A stretch of 26,939 nucleotides of DNA from Ignavibacteriaceae bacterium. Its GTDB lineage: Bacteria; Bacteroidota; Ignavibacteria; Ignavibacteriales; Ignavibacteriaceae. The stretch lies in the NCBI GenBank assembly GCA_036379435.1, contig DASVGS010000024.1, forward strand, positions 1 through 26,939, written 5' to 3'. Of this stretch, positions 1 to 7,738 are shown one piece after another. The position numbers were made by a program, and so were the translations under genes. The first letter of the stretch is position 1; each line of letters begins with the position of its first letter. Below the pieces are notes generated by a model. That model was not told the origin of the DNA. It did no database searches and was given only the letters and a program-made list of their open reading frames with translations.

Positions 1-1
1 A

Positions 2-3000
2 CTACTCCGTTACATTACTTACAGCGGCAGTTTTTCTTGAGAAGAATGAATAGATAGCGGGAACAATAAACAGTGTTAAAAAGGTAGAGAGTATCAACCC
101 ACCAACAACAGCAATACCCATAGAAACCCTGCTTTCAGAACCGGCGCCAAGTGCCAATGCAATTGGTAAAATTCCCAGTACGGTAGAAAGACTTGTCATA
201 AGAATCGGGCGTAATCTTGAAGCGGCAGCGTTAATAACTGCATCATCTTTTGATAAACCGGCGGCTTTTCTCTGGTTAGCAAATTCAACAATCAATATTC
301 CGTTTTTAGTAACCAAACCAATCAGCATAATAATACCGATCTGGCTAAAAATGTTTAGTGTTTGATTAAAGTACCATAAAGAAAACAATGCGCCTGCAAG
401 TGCAAGCGGTACCGTAAATAAAATAATAAACGGATCACGAAAACTTTCAAACTGAGCTGCAAGTACAAGGTAGATCAATCCCAGCGCCAGTATAAATGCA
501 AACAGAAGACTTGAAGAACTTTCTTTAAAATCTTTTGACGGTCCATCTAAAGCGGTTGCAAATTTTTCATCCAAAACTTTGGCAGCAATTTCATCCATTA
601 TGTTAATACCTTCTCCAAGAGAAACACCCGGAGCTAATCCCGCAGAAACTGTGGCAGATACATAGCGGTTAAATCTGTACAACTGCGGCGGTGCACTTTG
701 TTCTGCAACAAAGACAACGTTATCCAATTGGATCAGTTCCCCTTTATTATTTTTTACGTAGGTGGATTTAAGATCAATCGGTGCATCCCTGCTATCCCTG
801 GAAAACTGTCCGATTACCTGGTATTGTTTACCGTCTTTTATAAAGTAACCAAATCGCTGGCCGCTAAACGCCGATTGAATTGTTTGTGCAATATCGATAG
901 TGGAAACACCGAGCGCCTGTGCTTTTTGTTTATCGATAGAAAGTTTTAATTCCGGTTTATTAAATTTTAAGTTAACATCAACAACGGTAAAGGCAGGATA
1001 CTTTCTGGTTTCATCAACAAACTTTGGAAGATATTCCTGAAGCATTTGAAAGTTGGGTGCCTGCAATACAAATTGAACCGGCAATCCACCGCGTCTTCCG
1101 CCGCCGATGGTTTGCTGCTGTGTAATAAAAGTTCTTGCGCCGCTTAAAGAATTAATTAATGGGGTAATATCATCAGCAATTTGCTGCTGGGATCTTTTTC
1201 TAAGAGAAGGATCTTTTAAAATTAAATTTATAAAACCGGAGTTAACCGAGCTTGATGCGCCAAAACCCGGAGAGGTAACGGAGATTATTCCTTCTTTTTC
1301 GGGTACTTTTTCATTAATGATATTAACTGCTTCATCAATGTATTTATCCATATATTCAAAAGTTGCGCCTTCTGTTGCAACTGCAGTAATTGATAAACGG
1401 CTTCTGTCTTCCAGCGGGGCAAGTTCTGATGGAACAATTTTGAAGAGAATATATATTAAAAGTATTGCGGCAAAAGTTACGGGTAATGCCAGCCAGCGGT
1501 GTTTTACAAAATATTTTAACTGCCGTTGATAAGTTTCATTTAGTTTAACAAAAAATGGTTCGGTTAAATTATAAAATCTATTATGCTTTTCTCTTCGTTT
1601 AAGAATTTTAGTGCTGAGCATTGGTGTTAATGTAAGAGCCACAAATGCAGATATTATTACTGCACCGGAAACTACAATTCCAAATTCTCTGAATAATCTG
1701 CCTGTTATACCCTGCAAAAAGATAACGGGCATAAAAACAGCAGCAAGCGCTACAGTGGTTGAGATAACAGCAAAAAATATTTCGGCAGAACCTTTTTTAC
1801 CGGCTTCAACCGGATCCATTTTATTTTCAATTTTAGCGTAGATGTTTTCCAGAACTATAATTGCATCATCCACAACCATGCCTATTGCAAGTACAATACC
1901 TAACAGCGTAAGAACATTGATGGAGAAGTTTGCAATGTACATTATAAAGAACGCGCCAATAAGTGAGATAGGAATTACAATTATTGGTATAAGTGTAGTT
2001 CTCCAATCACGCAGGAATAAAAATATAATTAACACAACCAAACTAAATGCAACAATAATTGTCTGCTCCACTTCTTTTATAGATTCGCGGATGTAGGTTG
2101 TAACGTCAAAACCAATACCTGTATTAATATCTGCGGGAAGAGTTTTTTTCAACTGATCCAGCCGTTTATAAAACTCATCCGCTATGGCGATATTATTTGC
2201 TCCTGCCTGTGCAATAAGCACAACACCAACCATAGGAATTCCATCACGTTTTAAAATTGTGCGTTCATTTTCAGCACCAAGCTGTGCCCTGCCAACATCT
2301 CTAAACCTTACAATGCTGCCTTCGGATTCCTTAATAATAAGATTGTTAAATTCTTCTTCGGTTTGAAGTCTGCCGATTGTTCTTATTGAAAGTTCTGTAT
2401 TATCCCCTTCAATTCTACCGGATGGAAGTTCAACATTTTCCCGGGTAAGAGCGTTTCTAACATCAACAGGAGATAACTGAAACGCTGCAAGTTTAGCGGG
2501 ATCCATCCAGAGGCGCATTGCATATTTTTTTTCTCCCCAAATCTGCACACTGCTAACTCCTGCAATGGTTTGAAATCTTTCTTTAAAAACGTTGTTAGCA
2601 ATTTCAGTAAGTTCAAGAAGATTTCTTGTATCGCTTTGAACATTTAAAAAAACTATGGGTGTAGCATCTGCATCAGCTTTGGCAACTATCGGGATATCAA
2701 TATCGGGCGGTAAATTTGAAAGCGAACGTGAAACTCTATCACGTACATCGTTTGTTGCGGCTTCAAGATCAACATCGATATCAAACTCCACTGTTATTGT
2801 GCTTCTGCCATCGCGGCTAACAGAGGTAAGAGATTTAATACCTGCAATACCATTAATGGATTCTTCAAGCGGTTCTGTAATCTGGCTTTCAATAACATCC
2901 GCATTTGCACCAACATAAGTTGTGGATACAGTTATAATCGGGGGATCAACGGAGGGAAATTCTCTTACACCCAAATAGGTGTAACCGAGAATTCCAAATA

Positions 3001-3067
3001 CAACAATTACAATCGACATTACAATTGCGAGAACCGGTCTTTGAATACTTATGGAAGATAGACTCAT
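2..3067 (-). CDS. RND efflux permease, AcrB/AcrD/AcrF (HAE1) family
   Basis: 1021 aa, complete (TAG at 2-4). N-terminus I.RPVLA, VVDDAIIVLEN (AcrB D407/D408 equivalent), GLVTKNGILIVEF (K940) and RLRPILMTSL (R971/T978) proton-relay motifs are present. Confidence 0.95.
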   Translation of the reverse strand: MSLSSISIQRPVLAIVMSIVIVVFGILGYTYLGVREFPSVDPPIITVSTTYVGANADVIESQITEPLEESINGIAGIKSLTSVSRDGRSTITVEFDIDVDLEAATNDVRDRVSRSLSNLPPDIDIPIVAKADADATPIVFLNVQSDTRNLLELTEIANNVFKERFQTIAGVSSVQIWGEKKYAMRLWMDPAKLAAFQLSPVDVRNALTRENVELPSGRIEGDNTELSIRTIGRLQTEEEFNNLIIKESEGSIVRFRDVGRAQLGAENERTILKRDGIPMVGVVLIAQAGANNIAIADEFYKRLDQLKKTLPADINTGIGFDVTTYIRESIKEVEQTIIVAFSLVVLIIFLFLRDWRTTLIPIIVIPISLIGAFFIMYIANFSINVLTLLGIVLAIGMVVDDAIIVLENIYAKIENKMDPVEAGKKGSAEIFFAVISTTVALAAVFMPVIFLQGITGRLFREFGIVVSGAVIISAFVALTLTPMLSTKILKRREKHNRFYNLTEPFFVKLNETYQRQLKYFVKHRWLALPVTFAAILLIYILFKIVPSELAPLEDRSRLSITAVATEGATFEYMDKYIDEAVNIINEKVPEKEGIISVTSPGFGASSSVNSGFINLILKDPSLRKRSQQQIADDITPLINSLSGARTFITQQQTIGGGRRGGLPVQFVLQAPNFQMLQEYLPKFVDETRKYPAFTVVDVNLKFNKPELKLSIDKQKAQALGVSTIDIAQTIQSAFSGQRFGYFIKDGKQYQVIGQFSRDSRDAPIDLKSTYVKNNKGELIQLDNVVFVAEQSAPPQLYRFNRYVSATVSAGLAPGVSLGEGINIMDEIAAKVLDEKFATALDGPSKDFKESSSSLLFAFILALGLIYLVLAAQFESFRDPFIILFTVPLALAGALFSLWYFNQTLNIFSQIGIIMLIGLVTKNGILIVEFANQRKAAGLSKDDAVINAAASRLRPILMTSLSTVLGILPIALALGAGSESRVSMGIAVVGGLILSTFLTLFIVPAIYSFFSRKTAAVSNVTE

Positions 3068-3081
3068 TTAGGAATTCACAA

Positions 3082-4152
3082 TTAATTAATTTCTGAAATT
3101 TTAACTTTAGAGTTTGGTCTGATTTGTAAAATACCCGAAGTGATAACTGTATCACCCTTGCTTAAACCAGAGGTTATTTGTACGCGTTCGGCTTCTCTAA
3201 TTCCAACTTCAACTTTTTGTGGAACGGAAACGCCGTTTTTATAAAGATAAACACTTTGCCCTTTTAATTCAGGAACAATAGCAACGGTAGGAATTAATAT
3301 TGCATCATTAATTTGTTTTAAGTTTAACTCAACTTCTGCAAAAGCACCCGGTACCAATTCTTTATAAGATGAACTGCAGACAGCTCTTATTTTTAGAGTA
3401 CGTGTACCCGGATCAATTTTGGGATCGATTGCATAGACTTTTGCTTTAAATAAATTAGTACTGCCGCTAATCTTAAATTCAAGTTCATCACCATTTTTTA
3501 CGGATGCAGAATATCTTTCCGGTATAGAAAAATCTACTTTTAAATTGCTAAAATTTTGCAGCCTTGCAATTACGGTAGAAGTTGTAACATAACTTCCTTC
3601 GCTTACAGATCTTAGCCCGACTATTCCACTGAACGGTGCTTTAATTTCTGTTTTATCTATTTGAGCTTTTATTAAATCAAAATCTGCCTGATTAACATTT
3701 AACTCACCAAGCGTATTATCATACTCTTCCTGACTGATCAAATTACCATCACGCAATTGTTTTTGCCTGGCTTCTTTTTCTGCGGATAGTTTTACTTTTG
3801 ATTCGGCTTTTCTTAATTGTGCCTGTAAATCCGCATCATTTATTTTAACAAGAAGATCTCCTTTATTAACAAAGGAACCTTCTTTAAAAAGTATTTTAGT
3901 AATCTTGCCGGATACTTCGCTTCTTAATTCAACCTCTTCATTGGCAAGTATACTGCCTGTAGTAAAAACACTATTGTTCAATGTTTCCAAAGATGTAATG
4001 TGGGCTTTAACAGGTACAACCATATCGGGTCTGCCGCCGGGCATAATATCGTTACCGCTTTTAGAAGATGATAATAATTTGGGAAGTAATGCAATTGCCA
4101 GTACAACTACAATTATTACGGCGATAAGTATTTGTTTCAATTTTTTATTCAT
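3082..4152 (-). CDS. RND efflux periplasmic adaptor (membrane fusion protein)
   Basis: N-terminal TM anchor without a lipobox Cys, G.I.ANEEVELRSEVSGKI, lipoyl-like KGDLLVKI, IKAPFSGIVG, IDPKIDPGTRT. Lies 14 nt upstream of the permease. ATG at 4152 is preferred over the track's TTG at 4167. Confidence 0.93.
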   Translation of the reverse strand: MNKKLKQILIAVIIVVVLAIALLPKLLSSSKSGNDIMPGGRPDMVVPVKAHITSLETLNNSVFTTGSILANEEVELRSEVSGKITKILFKEGSFVNKGDLLVKINDADLQAQLRKAESKVKLSAEKEARQKQLRDGNLISQEEYDNTLGELNVNQADFDLIKAQIDKTEIKAPFSGIVGLRSVSEGSYVTTSTVIARLQNFSNLKVDFSIPERYSASVKNGDELEFKISGSTNLFKAKVYAIDPKIDPGTRTLKIRAVCSSSYKELVPGAFAEVELNLKQINDAILIPTVAIVPELKGQSVYLYKNGVSVPQKVEVGIREAERVQITSGLSKGDTVITSGILQIRPNSKVKISEIN

Positions 4153-4200
4153 ATAATTATATAACAACCTACATAAATTGAAAGTTTCTCAAAAGTCAAA

Positions 4201-4228
4201 AATAAAAAAGCCCCGATAGATCGAGGCT
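4201..4228 (-). terminator. Intrinsic terminator downstream of rpmE2
   Basis: Minus strand reads AGCCTCGAT-CT-ATCGGGGCT (9-bp stem, one G.U) followed by TTTTTATT, about 28 nt after the L31 stop. Confidence 0.85.
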
Positions 4229-4255
4229 AATAAAATTAAATCTCTCCAAAAAAGA

Positions 4256-4504
4256 TTATTGTTTTTTGCTGTATTTTTTGTTGAATTTTTCAACTCTACC
4301 GGCAGTATCAAGCAGCTTCTGTTTTCCTGTAAAGAACGGATGAGAACCGCTTGAAATTTCCAACTTAACTAAAGGATAAGTATTTCCATCTGTCCATTTA
4401 ATCGTATCGGTAGTTCTAATAGTTGAGCGTGTTAAAATTGCAAAATCACAAGATGCATCCTGAAATACAACTGGTTTATATTCTGGGTGAATTCCTTTTT
4501 TCAT
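4256..4504 (-). CDS. rpmE2: 50S ribosomal protein L31, type B (no Zn-ribbon)
   Basis: 82 aa, MKKGIHPEY...[26 protein letters not shown]. Only one Cys and no CxxC pairs. Confidence 0.96.
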   Translation of the reverse strand: MKKGIHPEYKPVVFQDASCDFAILTRSTIRTTDTIKWTDGNTYPLVKLEISSGSHPFFTGKQKLLDTAGRVEKFNKKYSKKQ

Positions 4505-4545
4505 AAAAGTCCTAAAATAATGGTTTTTTTAAAATCGTGGCTGTA

Positions 4546-4574
4546 AATATAGAAGTTTTAGTATTATTATCCAA
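4546..4574 (-). promoter_or_regulatory. Candidate housekeeping-sigma promoter for rpmE2
   Basis: TTGGAT (4574-4569)-N17-TATATT (4551-4546), about 40 nt upstream of the ATG. Motif match only. Confidence 0.5.
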
Positions 4575-4587
4575 TATAACTTTGGGG

Positions 4588-5382
4588 CTATTTGTTTTGT
4601 TTCTGATCAATTTTCGTGCTTTTTTCAGTCTGCACCTTCATCTTTAACTGCTGAACTTCCCTTTTCTCTTCAGAAGAGAGGTTTCTTTGCATAAAGTTGA
4701 TATTGTCTTTATTTACATTTTCTGAACTACTTTTTACAACTGGAAGATTCTGGATTTCATTTTGTACTTTTTTTATTTCTCTTTCAAAACTATCAGTTCT
4801 ACTTATTTCAGAAGCCAAAGTTGTAGCAGATGGCACAGTGTTTCCACCCAAACTTCCTGATTCTTCAGATTTTAAATTGTCCTCATCGGGTTTACCAGAA
4901 ATCATCTCATCCTTTAATGATTTTTCGATACCTTTGGAGTTAACTTCTGATCCATCTTTAATAACAACATTAGACTTTTCTGGTGTTTCATTTTCTTTTG
5001 TCTCTATCACTTTTTCTTCAGCGGCATTTGATTGTTTTTTTTCCCGTTTAGATTCTTCTTGCGGCTGTACAGGAATCTCATCTAAAGATTTAACAACTAC
5101 TAAATCTTCGCGTAATCTTGGTGCAATATTAAGTGGATCTTCTATTTCATTTGAATTAATATCTACAACAAAAAAGATTATTGCTGCAGAAGCAATTGCA
5201 ATAGCAGCAGGTGCCAGTTTACCGGGTGAAATTAATTTACTCCAGAAACTTTCTTTCTTTTCATAACCGGATAAATTTATTTTTCTTAAAAGTTCTGTTT
5301 CAAAATTTTTGGGCGCATCAATTTTAGGAAGATTTTTTAGATCATCCAGTAATTTTTTATATGTTTTTTCTTCGTCATTCAT
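4588..5382 (-). CDS. Putative single-pass membrane anti-sigma factor (hypothetical protein)
   Basis: 264 aa, 11 nt downstream of the ECF sigma gene. About 56-aa cytoplasmic N-terminus containing LKNLPKIDAPKNFETELLRKI, one hydrophobic helix (about aa 57-73) and a charged C-terminal region. Function is inferred from architecture and position. Confidence 0.6.
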   Translation of the reverse strand: MNDEEKTYKKLLDDLKNLPKIDAPKNFETELLRKINLSGYEKKESFWSKLISPGKLAPAAIAIASAAIIFFVVDINSNEIEDPLNIAPRLREDLVVVKSLDEIPVQPQEESKREKKQSNAAEEKVIETKENETPEKSNVVIKDGSEVNSKGIEKSLKDEMISGKPDEDNLKSEESGSLGGNTVPSATTLASEISRTDSFEREIKKVQNEIQNLPVVKSSSENVNKDNINFMQRNLSSEEKREVQQLKMKVQTEKSTKIDQKQNK

Positions 5383-5393
5383 TTCATTATGCC

Positions 5394-5981
5394 TTAATCA
5401 TTATAAATATCTTTTAGATATTTCTGCAACTCTGCTCTGCCTCTGTTTATTCTTGATTTTACAGTACCAACTTCTATTTTCATTATAACTGCTATTTCTT
5501 CGTAAGAAAGCTCCTGTATATCCCTAAGAATTACAGCTTCACGATATGAATCGCGCACTTTTAATAAAGCCTTCTGAATAATTTCATTTTTTATGTTCAT
5601 ATCAGCAGCAACATCGGGTCTATTAGAATTATCCGGTATATCAAATGTTTTTTCTTCTTCGCCATAACTGCTGATGGAAAAAAAATTTTTTCTTCTTTTG
5701 CGCTGATATTCAGTTCTTGCAAGATTACCTGCAATTGTGTAAACCCATGTAGAAAATTTTGCAACGGAACTGTAATTATCTTTGTAGCGAAACACTTTTA
5801 CAAAAGTTTCCTGTACAACATCAACGCAAGAATCATAATCTCCAAGAAATCTATACACATAATTTGTTAACGGGTTTTTAAATCTCTGTACTAATATTTC
5901 AAATGCCTTTTCATTCCCGCTGCTCTGAAATTCAATTATCAGTTCTTCGTCAGTAAATTCGTTAATATTTCTTTCAGTCAA
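5394..5981 (-). CDS. ECF-subfamily RNA polymerase sigma-70 factor (SigW/RpoE-like)
   Basis: 195 aa, TTG start. Region 2 motifs (DVVQETFVKVF, KFSTWVYTIAGN) and region 4 motifs (LSYEEIA, GTVKSRINRGR); no region 1 or 3. Confidence 0.95.
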   Translation of the reverse strand: MTERNINEFTDEELIIEFQSSGNEKAFEILVQRFKNPLTNYVYRFLGDYDSCVDVVQETFVKVFRYKDNYSSVAKFSTWVYTIAGNLARTEYQRKRRKNFFSISSYGEEEKTFDIPDNSNRPDVAADMNIKNEIIQKALLKVRDSYREAVILRDIQELSYEEIAVIMKIEVGTVKSRINRGRAELQKYLKDIYND

Positions 5982-5989
5982 CGCTTTTA

Positions 5990-6058
5990 TACTTTATTAG
6001 TTTGATGTTTGTTTCAATTTCGGGACAAAATTTACGAAAAAGATAAGAAAAGGTTTTG
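5990..6058 (-). promoter_or_regulatory. Two candidate SigW-like ECF promoters upstream of the sigma gene
   Basis: CAAAAC (6058-6053)-N16-CGTA (6036-6033) and TGAAAC (6016-6011)-N17-AGTA (5993-5990), compared with the B. subtilis SigW consensus TGAAAC-N16-CGTA. Confidence 0.4.
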
Positions 6059-6075
6059 GTTATATTTAATCAAAT

Positions 6076-7086
6076 TTAATTGGCAATAATCTCTGCAATT
6101 AACACGCTTAATAATGTATAATCATCAAGCGATGTGGTTTTAATAGCTAAATCAGCTTTTAATAAAGCCGAAAAAACATTTGTCAGATGATCATCCGAAT
6201 ATATTGATCTTGCAATTCTATAATCCTTAAGATAATAGGGATGAGTGCCTAAAATTCTTGCGATTTGAAATTCATTTGTGTTGAGAGCAGTTAATTCTGT
6301 CAATCGTGCAAGGCCGGTAAAATATTTATTTAGCATTGCAACAATTTGTATCGGTTCCATCCCATTTTTAAGAAGATTAAATAGAACTTTTAGTGCGGCG
6401 GATTTATTTTTTTTACCCAGTGCATTTTGTAAATCAAAAATTGTGTATTGTTTTAATGACGTTGATAATCCGCGAATACTATCTATAGTTATTTCTTTAC
6501 TTTCACCAATATAAAGGAATATTTTTTCCAGCTGAGCTTCAAGCATATTCCGGTTTTCACCGGATATATCCGTAAGCAGTTGTGCATTATCATAGGAAAT
6601 GGTTTTACCTTTTTTTTCTGCAGCCGATATGAGCCACTCTATCAAACTTTTTCCTTTTAATTCCTTTGCTTCATAAAGAAAACCCTGCGCTGCAAGAGTT
6701 TTATATGGTTCAGAATCTGAACTTGAAATTGTTCCATCATGAATACAAACCAGGGTTGTAAATTCCGCGGGAGATTTAGCATAGGAAGTTAATTCTTTTT
6801 TATCTTTTAACTTTTCAACCTGTTTAAAGATAATCAGTTTTTTTTCTGAACCGAAAGGAAATGCCGAAGCAAGACTTATAATATTTGAAAAAGATTGGTT
6901 GTCAGAATAAAAACTTTCTTTATCAAAATCTGAGGTAATGAAAGGTTGAACAGCTTTTTCAATTGCATCTAATGTAATTTCAATGCTGAAGCTGTCTTCT
7001 CCAAACAAATAGTAAAGCGGTAAAATCTTTTTTTGCTTTAATTGTTTTTCAATTTCCTGTATAGGCGTTGCTTTACTTTTAGCCAT
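6076..7086 (-). CDS. holA: DNA polymerase III subunit delta
   Basis: 336 aa with LYYLFGEDSF, SLASAFPFGSEKKLII, LEAQLEKIFLYIG, YTIFDLQNALG and LLKADLAIKT, typical of HolA. Confidence 0.92.
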   Translation of the reverse strand: MAKSKATPIQEIEKQLKQKKILPLYYLFGEDSFSIEITLDAIEKAVQPFITSDFDKESFYSDNQSFSNIISLASAFPFGSEKKLIIFKQVEKLKDKKELTSYAKSPAEFTTLVCIHDGTISSSDSEPYKTLAAQGFLYEAKELKGKSLIEWLISAAEKKGKTISYDNAQLLTDISGENRNMLEAQLEKIFLYIGESKEITIDSIRGLSTSLKQYTIFDLQNALGKKNKSAALKVLFNLLKNGMEPIQIVAMLNKYFTGLARLTELTALNTNEFQIARILGTHPYYLKDYRIARSIYSDDHLTNVFSALLKADLAIKTTSLDDYTLLSVLIAEIIAN

Positions 7087-7091
7087 TTTCT

Positions 7092-7121
7092 ACTTTAAAA
7101 ATCAAAGATGACATCTTTCAA
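7092..7121 (-). promoter_or_regulatory. Candidate housekeeping-sigma promoter, possibly leaderless, for holA
   Basis: TTGAAA (7121-7116)-N18-TAAAGT (7097-7092). Only 5 nt separate it from the holA ATG, and there is no Shine-Dalgarno. Confidence 0.4.
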
Positions 7122-7135
7122 AAAGATGTCATCTT
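7104..7135. repeat. Perfect 14-bp inverted repeat built from two tandem odd palindromes (terminator or operator)
   Basis: AAGATGACATCTTT-CAA-AAAGATGTCATCTT (7105-7135). Each half is itself AAAGATG-W-CATCTT(T). Followed by TGATTTTT on the minus strand. Confidence 0.85.
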
Positions 7136-7159
7136 ATTTAATAAATCAAAATTATCTAT

Positions 7160-7729
7160 TTATCTTTTTTCTATCGTTACACTTTCCATAACAACATTTT
7201 TTACTGGACGATCCTGAGCATTTTTTTCAACTTTACCAATAGCTTTTACAACATCCATTCCCGCAATAACTTTACCAAAAATTGTATGATTACCATTTAA
7301 CCATTTTGTTGGCGCAAGAGTAATAAAAAACTGGCTTCCATTGGTATTAGGCCCGGCATTTGCCATAGCAAGCAAACCTTCTTTATCAAATACAAGTTCA
7401 GGAACTATTTCATCATTAAATTTTTTACCCCAGATACTTTCTCCTCCGCGTCCGGTTCCTGTCGGATCTCCGCCCTGAATCATAAAACCATCAATGACTC
7501 TGTGAAAGATTACACCATTATAGTAACCCTTGTTTGCCAGTCCTACAAAATTTTCAACTGTCTTTGGAGTTTCTTTGGCAAATAATTCAATTTCAATTGT
7601 GCCCATATTTGTTTTTATGATAGCAACCGTTGTACTGTCACTCATTATTTTCGTTTCCTTTTTTTGTGAAAAATTATTTGATGATAAAATCAAACTTAAG
7701 ATTGCAGCTGCAACTATTAGTCTTTTCAT
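7160..7729 (-). CDS. Cyclophilin-type peptidyl-prolyl cis-trans isomerase with signal peptide
   Basis: [55 protein letters not shown]. Hydrophobic N-terminus; SD TAAGGAGGT. Confidence 0.96.
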   Translation of the reverse strand: MKRLIVAAAILSLILSSNNFSQKKETKIMSDSTTVAIIKTNMGTIEIELFAKETPKTVENFVGLANKGYYNGVIFHRVIDGFMIQGGDPTGTGRGGESIWGKKFNDEIVPELVFDKEGLLAMANAGPNTNGSQFFITLAPTKWLNGNHTIFGKVIAGMDVVKAIGKVEKNAQDRPVKNVVMESVTIEKR

Positions 7730-7738
7730 TTAACCTCC

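Noticed and set aside
2921-2930. DnaA-box-like TGTGGATAC
   Set aside because: It is a single mismatched copy inside a CDS, with no cluster or origin features.
4505-4560. AAATCGT resembling half of a Zur box upstream of type B L31
   Set aside because: Only one half-site is present, with no inverted partner.
5678-6620. A8/T8 homopolymers in the sigma gene and holA as phase-variation or frameshift sites
   Set aside because: Runs of 7-8 are frequent throughout this AT-rich window, and both frames are intact.
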